NCBI RefSeq assembly: GCF_009914755.1
Contig: NC_060936.1
Reading direction: 5' to 3' (one strand)
DNA: 64,000 bases
Source of the DNA: the human T2T-CHM13v2.0 reference genome, Homo sapiens
The notes under the pieces were generated by a model. That model was not told the DNA's origin and ran no database searches. It saw only the letters and a program-made list of their open reading frames with translations. The position numbers were made by a program, and so were the translations under genes. Below are positions 18,284 to 32,548 of this stretch, piece after piece (positions within the stretch are counted from its first letter, which is position 1; the number at the start of each line of letters is the position of its first letter).

Positions 18284-18712
18284 GCAGTAGTTCTGAACCT
18301 TGGCTTTACATTGTGGTCACTTGGAGAGCTTTTAAATATCCCCATCCCTAGGATGCATACCAGACCAATTAAAATAACATATTGGAGCTGGGCATGGTGG
18401 CACATACCTGCAGACTCAGCTACTCAAGAGGCTGAAGGGAGAGGATCACTTGAGCCTGAGAGTTCAAGGCTGCAGTGAGTTATGATTGCACCACTGCACT
18501 CCAGCCTGGGCAACAGAATAAGACCCCTTCTGTGAAAAAAAAAAAAAAAAAAAAAAAAAAACCAGGAAAGAAACACTCAGGTATTAATATTTGAAGAAAA
18601 TCTAATTGACAATAATTATATATTTATAGAAAACAATGTGATGTTTTGATATGTTAGCAAAATGATTAAATCAAGCTAATTAATGTATCTACCACATCAC
18701 ATAGGCAACAGT

Positions 18713-18763
<51 letters not shown>

Positions 18764-19402
18764 TTTTTAAACTTTCATTTTAAGATCAGGGGTACCTGTG
18801 CGGGTTTGTGACACTGGTAAACTTGTGTCATGCGGGTTTCTTGTACAGATTATTTCATCACCCAGGTATTAAGCCTAGTACCCATAAGTTATTTTTCCTG
18901 ATCCTCTCCTTCCTCCCACCCTCCACTCTCCATCCTCTAATAGGCCCCAGCATGTGTTGTTCCCCTCTATATATCCATGAGTTCTCATATTTAGCACCCA
19001 CTTATAAGTGAACACATGTGATATTTGTTTTTATGTTCCTGTGTTAGTTTTCTAAGGATAGTGGCCCCTAGCTCCATTCATGTCCCTGCAAAGGACATGA
19101 TCTCATTCTTTTTTATGGCTGCATAGTATTCCATGGTATATATGTACCACATTTTCTTTATCCAGTCTATCAGTGATGGGCATTTATGTTGATTCCATGT
19201 CTTTGCTATTGCAAACAGTGTTGCAGTGAACATACATGTGCATGTGTCTTTATGATAGAATTATTTATATTCCTTTGGGTATATACCCAGTATCTGTCTT
19301 TAGGTCTTTGAGGAATCACCACACTGTCTTTCACAATAGCATCAGTATTTTTTAAAAGCTCCCCAGGTGATTTCAATGTGCAACCAACTTTGAGAGCCAT
19401 TC
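18284..19402. mobile_element. MER5A split by nested Alu monomer (18386-18561, +), L1MA scrap and L1PA 3' end (18713-19338, -)
   Basis: MER5A left half cagtagttctgaacc...; right half aaagctccccaggtgatttcaatgtgc...tttgagagccatt. Confidence 0.75.
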
Positions 19403-19944
19403 AGATAGAGGAAGTTAACAAAAGGCTATGCCTCAAAATAGCTTCAGGCCCCGATAGCTCCATAGGTAAATTTTAAATCTTGTAGCAATCGGATATTTTC
19501 AAGGCTAATGAAACTGTTTGCAAGGACAGAAAAAATAAGGATCGCTGATTACTTTCACAAAGTCATCAAACCATTGAGACTAAAACTTGAAAAATTATAC
19601 AAAAGAAAATTATAACTAAGGTGATTTATTAATAATGGTGAAATAGACTAAATTATTAGCAAATGGAATTCAGCAGTGCATTCAAAGAATAGTACATCAT
19701 GACCAGGTGAAATTCATTTGAGGGATTAAAGGTTCTTCTAATAGGTGGAATCCCACTAATACAACTCACTATATTAATATTTCAAAGATGAAAAACTTCT
19801 AATCAATTATATAGATGTTTAAAAGGCATTTGATAAAATTTGATGTTGATACCCAGTTCTTAAAATTTTTTTAGTAAAATAGGACTAGAAGGATGCTTCC
19901 ATGTCATAATTAAAACTAAATTAACATAACTAATCTAAATCAAA

Positions 19945-20180
19945 GTAATTACATACTGTGTGTTAGGTATTGTTTGTTCTGTATGTGTTATTAGTAGTAA
20001 TCGTTTTAAGCTTCACAGTAATCCTATGAGGTAGGAGTTCTTCTTTTATCCTCATTTTACAGATACAAAGAAAGGGTCAGTAACTTGTCCAAGGTATACA
20101 GTAAGTGGTAAAGCTCAAATTTAAACCTCAGGAGTCTGATTCCAGAAGCTGCATTGTCAACTAACTCTCCACACTGCTTT
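19945..20180. mobile_element. MIR
   Basis: atcctatgaggtagg...atcctcattttacagat...gtaacttgtccaaggt. Confidence 0.8.
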
Positions 20181-20237
20181 GAGCTTTTGGGTGCCCTGCA
20201 AGTACTAGCCAAAAGCATTTAGACAAATGAATTAAAT

Positions 20238-20632
20238 GAGTGGTGTGCTGGTTAAGTGTTTAACAAATGGCTCTGGGTGGGGGGTACCTTATTTGTAGCA
20301 TTTGCCAATTTTCATGGTATAAACAATTCCACAATGACTTATTTCAAATTACCCATGAGACACCACTAATCATGGAGCTGGGAAGAGATATGTTAGGTTG
20401 CTATTATACGGCTTTCCTACCATACGGATACAATAGACATAAATAATCTTGAGAGTATAGATAATAGTAAAATATAGTGACAAAATTAGGAAGTGATGAT
20501 GAATTTTAAGTATTTATTACCTTCGTTTTAAAATATTAATAATGGCTATGTTTAACAATCAATTTTCAAAACTCTTGAAATTTAACAATTGGCTCTTGAG
20601 AGCTGGTACCAGCTGGCTCCACTACATCACTT
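20238..20632. mobile_element. MER63 (hAT-Blackjack MITE)
   Basis: TIR-like ends agtggtgtgctgg / ccactacatcact; internal tttaacaa..ggctct motifs. Confidence 0.75.
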
Positions 20633-21119
20633 GGAATGAAAATGAACAGGCAAAATTATTATTTGAAGATGACATTTCTGGGAATAGGGTGCATTTCTGC
20701 CCCTCTCTTCATGTCTCTGCCTCAGCCTGTAGGGAGGCCAGAATTTCTACCTAAACTTTTTCCATTAGGAGGAAATAACAGGTAACAATTCTGACCCTAC
20801 TGTTCATCTTTGCCCTAGAAGTAGTCTTCATATCCCTCAGATTGGGCACTGGTTACATATATCATGGCATGTACACAAAATGGGACAATTTTTTTGGAAA
20901 TCTTGTCTTACCTCCTTCTATTGCTCTGACTGGGAATGATCTGTTTGTTGCAGAATCACTGCAGCAGGTGCGAGAGAGGACTCATGGAGCTTGCAGATGA
21001 GCTAGCCCAGGTAGGACATCTGATGTTGGGACCCTCTTCAGAAGTGAAGCATATATAATCCCACATGAAATCTCTCAAGCCATTCCAGAAGAATGTTTTC
21101 TCAGATAAAGGTTATTTAC

Positions 21120-21330
21120 CTATTTATAATAATTTATAATTTACAAAGCATATTCATATATATGATCCCATCTAACTCATAAAATTATATGAAATGTATA
21201 CTATCTCCATTTTACAGATGGGGAAATTGAGCCTCAGAGTGATAAAGTAACTTCCCCAAAGTCATGTAGCTAGTAAATGAAAGTGATGAGACTCACACTA
21301 GGTTCTTCTAAGTTTTTAGAGTACTTCGTC
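21120..21330. mobile_element. MIR
   Basis: ctccattttacagatggggaaattgagcctcagag core. Confidence 0.8.
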
Positions 21331-21902
21331 CACGGCGCCAAGGTGTCTAGGGCAGAGACACCACAACCTCCTAAGGTAGGTTATGCCATTAATGTTCCAC
21401 TTGGGTGGGAATACACACACACCCACACACACACTATAATTCACACTTCCTTATAGTTATATTCCTCATTCTTTGAACTTAATCCATGGTAAAGAATTAT
21501 TTATTATGGTGGGGTAGAAGGAGACCCTTTGAGATTTGAAGACACTGATTAACCATGTTAGTGTTTTTCCTCAGGCAAAATATTCATGGGCTCTTTTACC
21601 ATAACTTGCTGTCCTTATTTCCTCATTAAATTTCAAGTTTCCACAAAATAAGAAAAGAAACAACTAAAGAAGAAATTGTTGGAAGGCATGGAGCAAAGTG
21701 TAAGAACAACTAAGTAAACATGTACATTTTGCATTTTTAAAAAATTCAGTGGCCATAATACCACTGGCCAACAGGCTGATCAAATAATCCCTGAAACAAA
21801 GAGTTATATGTTACGGAGGGGATTGAATCAGAATACAGAAAAGAGAGACTTGAGAGGTTAAGACAAAACATCCTGGGAAATACACCTATTAAAATATGGT
21901 AA

Positions 21903-22325
<423 letters not shown>

Positions 22326-23163
22326 TTGCTGATTTTAATGAGGGATTTGAAAGCATCAAAATGACTGAACAAAGGAGCAGTGAAAAATCTTTCCTGGGGT
22401 CTTTGGAAAAAAAACAGATTCCAGTGTGTCAGATCTTTCAAGGCAAGATGGTCCAAGAGCAACGAATGGACAGTTGCCTTCATGTCCTTCTGTGTTTTCT
22501 TTCTTGTTTAACAGCATCAAGGTACATCCACTCATTTAAGTGGGAGCCTGAATGTCATCGTCCACTCACTCATCTCCATAGCCCTTCATGTTCTTATTTA
22601 AAACCTCCTTCACCCTTCCCATGTATCCTACAATCCAGTTACTATTTACCATACACAAACCCATCCATTTGTCTTTACTTTCTATAACCTCATATTAGAA
22701 GTGATGATGTATTTGTTCATTCAGTTTTTATTTGGTGCTATGATGTGTTCTCCTCTCCCTGCCTCCATGTTTTTAACACTTGCTTTTTCTATGGAATGTT
22801 CTTTGACTCTATGGGCACCTGGTGAATTCTTTCTCGTCTTTTGTGATGCGGATCATATGCTATCTTCTCAAGAAAGCCTTCCCCCCCAAACCTAGCATTT
22901 TCCCCTTTCTTTTAGAGAAAGCAGCTTTATTTTTTTAGAGGCAATCTCTTTTATCTGCATATTTGCGCTTTGGGCCACAAGTGTCGTGGACAGTTTATAC
23001 AAGGTCCAAAAAATAATAAGAAGAATTAAATTGGCTTTGTAACAGATGATTCTGGGCAAGAGACCAATACTGAGAGATTTAACAATTTTATCATGAATTA
23101 GCTAAGAAATAAATACTAACTATAACAGAACTAATTTAAAAAACTAGAAATAATATAAAATAA

Positions 23164-23893
23164 TGAAACCACCTTTGCAAAAATTGTAACAGTGAGAAAA
23201 TTATGACAGTGAAAGAGATCTGACCTAAGTGACTCCATCTTGCTTCCAACCTCCAACCTGTCCTCGTTCATTCCTGGGCATAGGCCAAACTAACTTTGGG
23301 AGGAACTTAGTTTATAGTTTCAACTTTGAAACAAAGATGATAACAGCTCTTTCCTGAAACAAACCCTCTTCTTGCTTTATAGGACTAACAAATTAGCCAC
23401 AAGTTTAGAAATTATGGTTTAGGAGTTAGGCAGCGAGAGGTCACAGATTCCAAACCTCCCCATTTACAATAGGGATGACATCACTATTGTAAAATCTAAG
23501 ATTGGTGCTCAGAATATTTTTCAGACCCTGAACTTGATGGGTCAGCTGCCACCACGCAGATGGATAAAGTGGCTTATCTGGTACTGTGGCCCCCACTCAG
23601 GAACTGACTCAGCGCAAAGAAGACAGCTTCAACTCCCTATGATTTCATCTCCAATGGGACCAATCATCACTCCCCAGTCCCTGGCCTCCTATGCACCAAA
23701 TTATCCTTAAAAAACCCCAGTCTCTTAATTGTCAGTCTCTCCAATCTCTGAATTTCCAGAAAGAGTTTAATTCATGCAGAGGCAGCTGAACTGATTTGAG
23801 TATGAATTAAACTCTTTCTCTATTGCAATTCCTCTGTCTTGATGAATCGGCTTTATCTGGGCAGTGGGCACAATGAATCCTTGGGCGGTTACA
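23164..23893 (+). mobile_element. Solo LTR8A (ERV1)
   Basis: 5' TGAAACCACCTTTGCAAAAATTG...; 3' ...GGGCGGTTACA; 4-bp TSD ATAA. Confidence 0.85.
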
Positions 23894-24297
23894 ATAAAAC
23901 TGAAAATAGATAAAAACTGTGTGTGGCAAGATTTAGATCTATAAATTTTGACCTTGGAAAATAGAACTCCATAAAAATAATGCCCCCAAAATAAAACTCA
24001 CAGTAGTAGAAGCTGTTATAGTAAAATTTGAATTGAACAAAAGACTGTTAAAACAGGACTGTGTTGATAAGTTACACATAAATGAATTCATCCGGATCAA
24101 AATAATTTTAGTATTTTTACTCATGACATTGTATTCATGTTTATTTATGACAACATAAATAGTAATTTTATTCACATGACAAAATTGGAAATACTTTAAG
24201 TGTGCTATGTAGAAAACTAATCAAGGAATTAATTTGGGTTAATGAAATTAATTGTTAAAAGTAATTTCTTGTCAACAACTTTTGTTGCTGGTATAAT

Positions 24298-24943
24298 TGT
24301 TACATGCCAGGTTCTGGTCTGTTCTACCTTCAAGCAGTAAATCAATCACTATGATTCAGGTTTTGCAAAAGAGAAAAGATTTATTCGAAAGGACACCCAG
24401 CGAGGAGGCGGTGGGAGAACAGCTCTCAAATCTGCCTCCCCAAAGATAAAGCTTAAGGGTATTTATGGGTTAGGGAAGTGAGGTGGTCTAAGGTGTGGGG
24501 AAAGGTGGTTGCTAGTGGGGAAAAATGAAGTAACAGGTTCATTCTGCAACAGCCTAGCTGGAGTTTGTGGCATTCCACAGCACATATGTACAGAAAATGG
24601 CAGCATTAGCATGGACTGAGGATGGAGTCTTTGGCCCTCCAACATAAAAAGGCCGCCTCTCCAGCACTTGAGCAGACCCAGTTAAAAGGTCAGTGGTCTC
24701 AACCAGTTTGAACTGGACAGAAGCAGGTCCAAGTTTCTGAAAAACAACTGAAGTAACCGTTACCATGGTGACCTGTGAATGTTATCTATAAAGTAGCTGG
24801 TGAAGGTTACGTTTCAGCATTCAGTGGCATGCCCTTCAGTGATTGCAGACTTCAACTTCAGGGAGAGATAAAAAATAACAAAAAGCAAGCAACCAAAAGC
24901 AAGCAGGACAGGCAGACCTGACCAAACTAACCCCTCAGTTTTA
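24298..24943 (-). mobile_element. Solo ERV1-class LTR (family not assigned)
   Basis: Starts TGTTAC with reversed AATAAA; ctcaaatctgcctcccc motif; 4-bp TSD TAAT on both sides. Confidence 0.7.
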
Positions 24944-25923
24944 TAATTCTAATTTTAATGTTTGTATTCATTAACACAGAATCACAGCACTCCCAGGACA
25001 AAAGTGAGGGTAAAAAAACTACAAAATAGTAATAGCAGGACAAAAACATCTACTGTTGCTCCAGCACAGAGTAAGCTTTTGATTAATGATTTTTGAGAAA
25101 GGAAATGAATATTTAAACAATGTGATGTTTGTTAATCACTTTCTAACTATAAGCCCACTAACTAAAATCTGCCTGAAATTCACTTATCAAATCTGCAATA
25201 TTTAATGCAAGATTAGATTGATTGTTTTAATCCTCTGAAAGTTTTGCATTACTTTGGATACTTTCCCCTTTCTGTTAGTTTTCTTTTGAGCATTTCAAGG
25301 AGTTTTAAATTCCAATTTATCTATGGATCCTTCTGCCTTAATTTCAAGCAAACAAGCAAATTATATACTATAATTCAGGAAATGAGAGTGTTCAGTGTAA
25401 GTCAATCATACAGAGAAAAAAGGCAACTTTTTCTTCAAGATTAGAGAAACCACTATCATAACATTTAATATTTCTCCATCATTTCATTGATCCTTCTGCA
25501 AAGGAAGAGAACTTTGAGACATAAATCCATCTCTTTCCTTTCTTGGTTTTATGGAAGCAACTAGATGCTTGCTTCACACCATAATGCTAAGTACAAGTAG
25601 TATAAAAATTTGAATATATAAAAAACTCACTAAAAAACCTGGAAGGAAATATAATTAAATACTGATCTAAAATTTTGAATGGAGAACTTCTGAGGCAAAA
25701 GTGATAAGTTATGAGCCCTCTGTCCCACCCCAATGTTTTATTAAGCCTGCAGTGTTTCCTTTGAAGGATGTTGTATGTAATAATCTGGATTCTGGAAAAA
25801 TTCAGATCTTGCCACAGTGGGCCTATTCTTATCAACAACAAATTGGAATTTAGTGGTGTTCCTCCTGTTTGGACAAGCTGCAAGTTCTTCCCAGTTTCAA
25901 GACTACCTGTTGCCTTGTATCGG

Positions 25924-25960
25924 GCCCACATCAGCCCCACATCAGCCCCACATCAGCCCA
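25924..25960. repeat. 11-bp tandem repeat (cccacatcagc) x3
   Basis: Directly visible. Confidence 0.9.
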
Positions 25961-26059
25961 TTGTATTATCTCTCTGACCAGTGGTGGAGTTTGAGCTTGT
26001 GGACTTTGTCTACATCATAGAAGAAGTCATGAAGAGAAAGATGACATATCTGACTAACA

Positions 26060-27180
26060 TCAAGTGGAAAACTTTGGTATATAAAAATAAGCCACTTCAC
26101 TTATTTTTAACAAGTAACTGATTAGAAAAATGAGCAAATACAAGAGTCAACCATATATTAAATTTATGATATCAAGAGTTCATCAAAAATACCAATATCT
26201 TAAGGGACAAAAGGATAAGAACTCAATTGATAGAAGAGGAAACACCATCCAAAAGCATTCAAACTCATTAGTAACCAAACAATAGTTTTAAAACAATTAC
26301 ATATGATTTCTGATCCATTAAATTAAAAAAATTAAAGTATAACATCAATGCTAATACTCCATTGTTGGCTGGAAAGTAGTTTGGCAATATGTACCAAAAG
26401 CTTTCAAAATGTTTATTCCCTTTAATGTGGAGTCCCTATACTCACACAGATCCCAGAGTCCAAGGGCCTGGATTCAAATCCAGACTCCTCCATTTATCAA
26501 CGATGTAAACAGGGGTAATGTAAACCAGCACATCTCGATTTCCTCATCTCTAAAATGAGAATAATCATAATAGTACTTACATTATTGGATTACTGTGATG
26601 ATTAAATGAATAATAGGACTTTTGGGAACAGTGCCTAGCAAACAGTGGTACAATATAAGTTTGCTAAATGAATAGATTTATCTATTTTAAAAATTTACTT
26701 GAGGAAGCTACCAACTGAGAAAAGGATTTATGCAGAAAATTGTGTATTATAGTACTATTTATAATATTTATAATAGCAAAAAATTAAGAGCTATAATAGA
26801 GAATGATTAGCTATTTCATAGAAAATGAAATTAATGAAATGTGATGCAGTCATTAAAATTATGTTTATGAACTTTGTGTAATAATGTTGAAATCATAATT
26901 TTAAGTGAAATAAAAAGCAAAATATATACCAGCATATTTGGCATATTACAATAATTAAATTACAATAATTAAATTTTTATTTAAATTACAATAGATTTAG
27001 ATTACAATAATTAAAAAGAAATTTTCTTTGCTTTGGAAGGAAGATTAGATAAAGGATTGGAAGGAAGTCAGCCAAAATGTTAAGAGTAGCTGCTTACAGA
27101 TAGTGGAGCTATAAACGATTTATTTTTTAATGTTCTTCTCTATTTTCTATTTGTTTTTAAACTCAGCATTCTTTAGTTTT
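26060..27180 (+). mobile_element. Old L1ME 3' fragments with nested MIR (~26440-26670)
   Basis: Degenerate L1 3' motifs; MIR core tttcctcatctctaaaatgag. Confidence 0.6.
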
Positions 27181-30151
27181 GTATATTTTTTAATTCACAT
27201 TTTTAAGGTAGAAAGTGATACTTTGTGTAAGGATTTGGAAGGCTTAAACTCATGGTATAATTAACCAAAATACATCAAATTTAATAATTCTTAGATATAC
27301 AAACTTCAGAAGTCATATTCTGAGATAATTTCTTTAAATATTAAAATTAAGAGAAAAAAAGACAGGCTCTTAAGCAGATGCAAAAATACCTATGTTACAA
27401 GCCTGCACATTCTGCACATGTATCCCAGAACTTAAAGTAAAATAAAAAAAATAATAATAAGATCATGCCAGTGGTTTTTAAACATACTTTATGTATTTAA
27501 TTGAAAATCACATCTCCTTTACCTTCTTTCAGCATATATTGTACTTAAAACTCTGAACATTAGCCCTCAGAATAAGGAAATGAATAATAAAAAAAGCAAA
27601 AATAGAAAACTCTAAAATAACTGAAATAATCTAATCACATATAAGATGTAATGAATTTAATAAATGTGAACTTATATTTATATACAATTTATATACATAT
27701 TGAAAATTAATCACTTAGGCTCACAAGAGAATTCGTTTTAGGATACTTTGTCTGCTCCCTTTAGGCCTTGATGGAATTAATGTCTAAATAGCTTTTGAGA
27801 TTGTTATGGAAACTAAAAGGATACTGGTATCAAATATCTGGCTATGTCTTACCTACATTTCTTCTGGTCTTATTTATGTTGTCCCAGCCTCACCAAAAAT
27901 TGAGATTTATGTTTAACCTTTTGTTTACCATGTGATGGACAAATTTGGCAAGTTTGTCAATTTATAATAGTATTTTCTATTGTATCATCTAGACCTTTTT
28001 TGAGGTAAATATGATTTCTTTCCCTTTTCTCCATCAATTCTAGATTTTGCCCTCTTGTAGTTTCTTCCACTGCAAATTCTCCGTATCTCTGCAATTGAGG
28101 AGCCCTGAACTACACTTCACATTTAATGATGATCTGACTGACACTTTGAGGGATTTTGCTTGGCATGCCACATTTTTACTGCTATCGAAAAGGCAAAAGT
28201 ACATGCTCTGTTCACAAGGAAACTTCTCTAGCATCCACATGAGTGGGAGATAGCAGATAAGCTTATGGATCTCATATCCACTTATTCTTTCCACCTAAAT
28301 ACTTGATAGTTGTTTATCATCTTCCCTCCAGAGTCCCAATCTAAATTACAAATAAATTAAATATCAAACAAATCTTGGAATAGATTCCTTCTCCTGACAG
28401 TAGCCACCCCTAGAAGGTACTTTAAATAATTTGTAAAAACAAACAAAAAAATACCCATTCTGTCACCAAAAAAAAAAAAAAACACCCTAAAAGGTAGAGA
28501 GAAAACATAGTTGAAAAGTGACCAGTTACTCCACACATAGATTAGGACCTGCATATTAAGAGTGTGGTTATTTGTACAAGATGAATTTGTAGGAAATTGT
28601 ACAGAAGGACTTTGTCATTGATGATGGCAAGACTGAGCATTAGACTGGATTTTTTCAATAGTCTTAGCAGGACTATGGTTAATGTGAACTACAGTGCTGT
28701 TTATGTTGTCTTGAAAAATTGTACTGATGGTAAAAATAAACAAAGATAAGGGGATGAGATACTGTAATCATATGGGAGATCTTGAATTAAAGAGTTATCT
28801 AATCAATGACATAAATAGTATTAGGAAGTGAAATTGATACAAACATACCTTGTTTTTTGTCCTTTGCTTTATTGCACGTCACAGATAGTTTTTTACAAAT
28901 TGAAGGTTTGTGGCAACCCTGCATTAAGCAAGTCTGTTGGCACCATTTTCCCAACAGCATGTGCTCACTTTGTGTCTCTGTGTCACATTTTGGTAGGTCT
29001 CACAATATTTCAAACTTTTATTACTATTATTATTATTATTATTATTGTTATCTGTTATGGTGATCTGCCTTTAGTATTTTTGATGTTACTGTTGTAATTG
29101 TTTTGGGGCATCACGGACCACAACCATCTAAGAAGACAAACAATAAATGTATTTGTTCTAACTGCTTCACTAACTGGCTGCTCACCCTCTCTACCTCTCC
29201 TTGGCTTCCTTAGTCCCTGTGATATGGCAATACTGAAGTTAGGCCAATTAATAACTCTACAATGGCCTGTAAGTGTTCCAATGAAAGGAAGAGTCACACA
29301 TCTCTTACTTTAAGTCAGTAGTTAGAAATGACTAAGCTTAGTGAGGAAGGCATGTTGAAAGCTGGGAAAGTCTGAAAGCTAGCTTCCTGCACCAAACAGT
29401 TAGCCAAGTGGTGAATGCAAAGAAAATGTTCTTGAAGGAAATTAAAAGTGCTACTCCAGTGGACACACAAATGATAAGAAAGTGAAACAGCCTTATTGCT
29501 AATAGGGAGAACGTTTTAATGGTCTGGATAGAAGAACAAACATAAAAGTGTAGGGGAAGGCAGCAAGTGCTGTTGGAGAAGCTGCGAGTTATCCAGAAGA
29601 TCTAGCTAAGATCAATGATGAAGGTGGCTATGCTAAACAAAAGATTTTCAATATAGACAAAACATCCTTATATTGGAAGAAGAAGCCATCTAAGACTTTC
29701 ATAGCTATAGAGGAGAAGTCAATGCATTGTTTTAAATCTTCAAAGGACAGGCTGACTCTCTTGTTAGGAACTAATGCACCTGTTAACTTTTAGTTGAAGC
29801 CAATGCTCATTCACCATTCTGAAAATCCTAGGGCCCTTAAGAATTACACTAAATCTGCTCTATCTGTGCTCTCTATAAATGGAACAACAAAACCTAAGTG
29901 ACAGCACAGCTGTTATAGCCTGGTTTATGGAATACTTTAAGTCCACTGTTGAGACCTACTGCTCAGAAAAATAGATTCCTTTCAAAATATTACTACCCAT
30001 TGATGATGCACCTGGTCATCCAAGAGCTCTGAGGAGATGTACAAGGAGATGAATGTTGTTTTCATGCTGCTAACATAATATTCATGCTGCTGCCCCTGGA
30101 TCAAGGAGTCATTTAGACTTTCAAGTCTTATTATTTAAGAAATATATTTCA

Positions 30152-30319
30152 GGAGCTTCCAGATAACTGAACACACAGAGGTTCTTTGAGGGTACTGCTC
30201 CAAGAAAGAGTATGGAAGCTTCATGCCCCTTCCTATATACCTTACCATATTCATCTCTTCATTTGTTGCTCACTGATACTGTTTGTAATATCCTTGATAG
30301 TAAGCTGGTAAAGTAAATG
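30152..30319 (+). mobile_element. MER21 LTR segment forming the 5' end of the retrocopy
   Basis: ggagcttccagataactgaacac...tatggaagcttc..gccccttcc...catctcttcat...tgtaatatcctt matches recalled MER21. Confidence 0.7.
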
Positions 30320-30600
30320 CACACCTAACAGCATAGCAAGCCCTAGAAGGATGGCTTCTGAAGATTACAAAGAAGCCTGAAACTTGAAATCACTCCAAGG
30401 ACTCTCAGCTTCTCTTTCTCTTGGGATGTTTATCTGATGCTGCCACAACCAGTAGAAAGAGTGGAGGAAGAAGAGAGTCACCACATACCATACTTAGAGT
30501 TCCTACAGAAAGGACACAGCGAATTTCATGTTTGAGACTCGGTTTCTTTGCCCAGTGGATGCATAGGCAAAGCATCGCACATCTGCTCCATAGAAATGAT

Positions 30601-30912
<312 letters not shown>

Positions 30913-31129
30913 TCAAATGATACTGCATGATAAGTGGCCACAGAGAGCACCGCTGTAATCAGTCAGAAAGGCAGGTGAGCTATTAGCTTACCCAGGAATG
31001 TCCTACCTAATGTAGAATCAATGGTGATGGTTAACAGACCCTGGCTATGGTGACAGGCCTGGGACCTGATTGAGGAAATCCAAATGAAAAACAGCCAAGA
31101 GGAACAACAAGCTAGAAAAAGATGTTCCA

Positions 31130-31440
31130 GGCCGGGTGCAGTGGCTCACGCCTGTAATCCCAACACTTTGGGAGGCCAAGGCAGGCAGATTGCTTGAGCT
31201 CAGGAGTTCAAGACCAGCCTGGGCAACATGGTGAAACCCTGTCTCTACAAAAAATACAAAAATTAGCCGGACATGGTGGCATCCTAGCTGCTAGGGAAGT
31301 TGAGATGGAAGGATGGCCCAGGAGGTGGCGGTTACAGTATGCCGAGATTGCACCCCACTGCACTCCTGCTTGGGCAACAGAGTTAGACCCTATGTACAAA
31401 AAAAAAAAAAAAAAAAAAGAACGAAAGAAAAAAAAAGAAA
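31130..31440 (+). mobile_element. AluJ-like, internally deleted
   Basis: gcttgagctcagg and tctctacaaaaaatac; TSD-like aaagatgttcca / aaacatgttcta. Confidence 0.88.
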
Positions 31441-32375
31441 AGAAACATGTTCTAGCTAAGAGGAGGTGCATGCATTTCACCTGAATATGTAGTTGGGATG
31501 GGATGAGAGCATTCATTTCTAAATATGTAAATTTTACCTCTTCCTCCATATAGATATTGTTAAGTTCAATTGTAGCCATCCACATTAGTTTTGTCAAATT
31601 TTCAGCAATTTCTTAAAAATAAGATTTCAAAATGATAACAGATATTAAGGGAATTCAGGGCATTTGACTTATCTACCCAGTTTTCCTAAAACATTCCAGT
31701 TAAATAATCTGTTCTTCAACTTCAGTCTCATAGCAATTAAAAAGTATCTTAAAAATTGCCCACTCCTCAAAAGAAATACATTTCATAAGGCTGTAGTTGA
31801 CATAGATAGTGATTCCTTGGATGGATATGGGCAAAGTAAATTGAAAGCCTTCTGGAAAGGATTTGCCATTCTAGATGCCATTAAGAACATTTGCAAATCA
31901 TAGGAGGAGGTCAAAATGACAACATTAATGGGAGTTTGGAAGAAATTGAGTCCAACCCTCACGGATAAATTTGAGTGGTTCAAGACTTCAGTGGAGGAAG
32001 TAACTGCAGATGTGGTACAAATAGCAAGAGAATCAGAATTAGAACTGGAGCCCGAAGATGTGACTGAATTGCTGCAATCTTATGATCAAACTTGGATGGA
32101 TGAGGAGTTGCTTCTTATGGATGAGCAAAGAGTTTTTTTTTTTTTTTGAGATAGAATCCACACCTGGTGAAGATGGCGTGAACATTGTTGAAATGACAAC
32201 AAAGGATTTCAAATATTACATAAACTTAGTTGATAAAGTAGAGCAGGATTTGAGAGAACTGACTTCAATTTTGAAGGAAGTTCTACTGTGGGTAAAATGC
32301 TATCAAACAGCATCGTATGCTACAGAGAAATCTTTTGTGAATCGAAGAGTCAATTGATGCAGAAAACTTTGTTGT

Positions 32376-32548
32376 CTTCTTTTTTTTTGAGAGACAGGGG
32401 TCTCTCTGTGTTGCCCAGGCCAGAGTGCAGTGGCTTTCACGTATGCTATCATAGTGCACTACAGCCTCCACCTCCTGTGCTTGTGTTATCCTCCTGCCTC
32501 AGCCTCCTGAGCAGATGGGACTCTACAGGCCTGCGTCACCATGCCCAA
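32376..32548 (-). mobile_element. Alu monomer in Tigger1
   Basis: Single-arm Alu sequence. Confidence 0.8.

Noticed and set aside
22920-24297. AT-rich segment split by LTR8A, possibly a DNA-transposon fossil
   Set aside because: I could not identify TIRs or a transposase motif.
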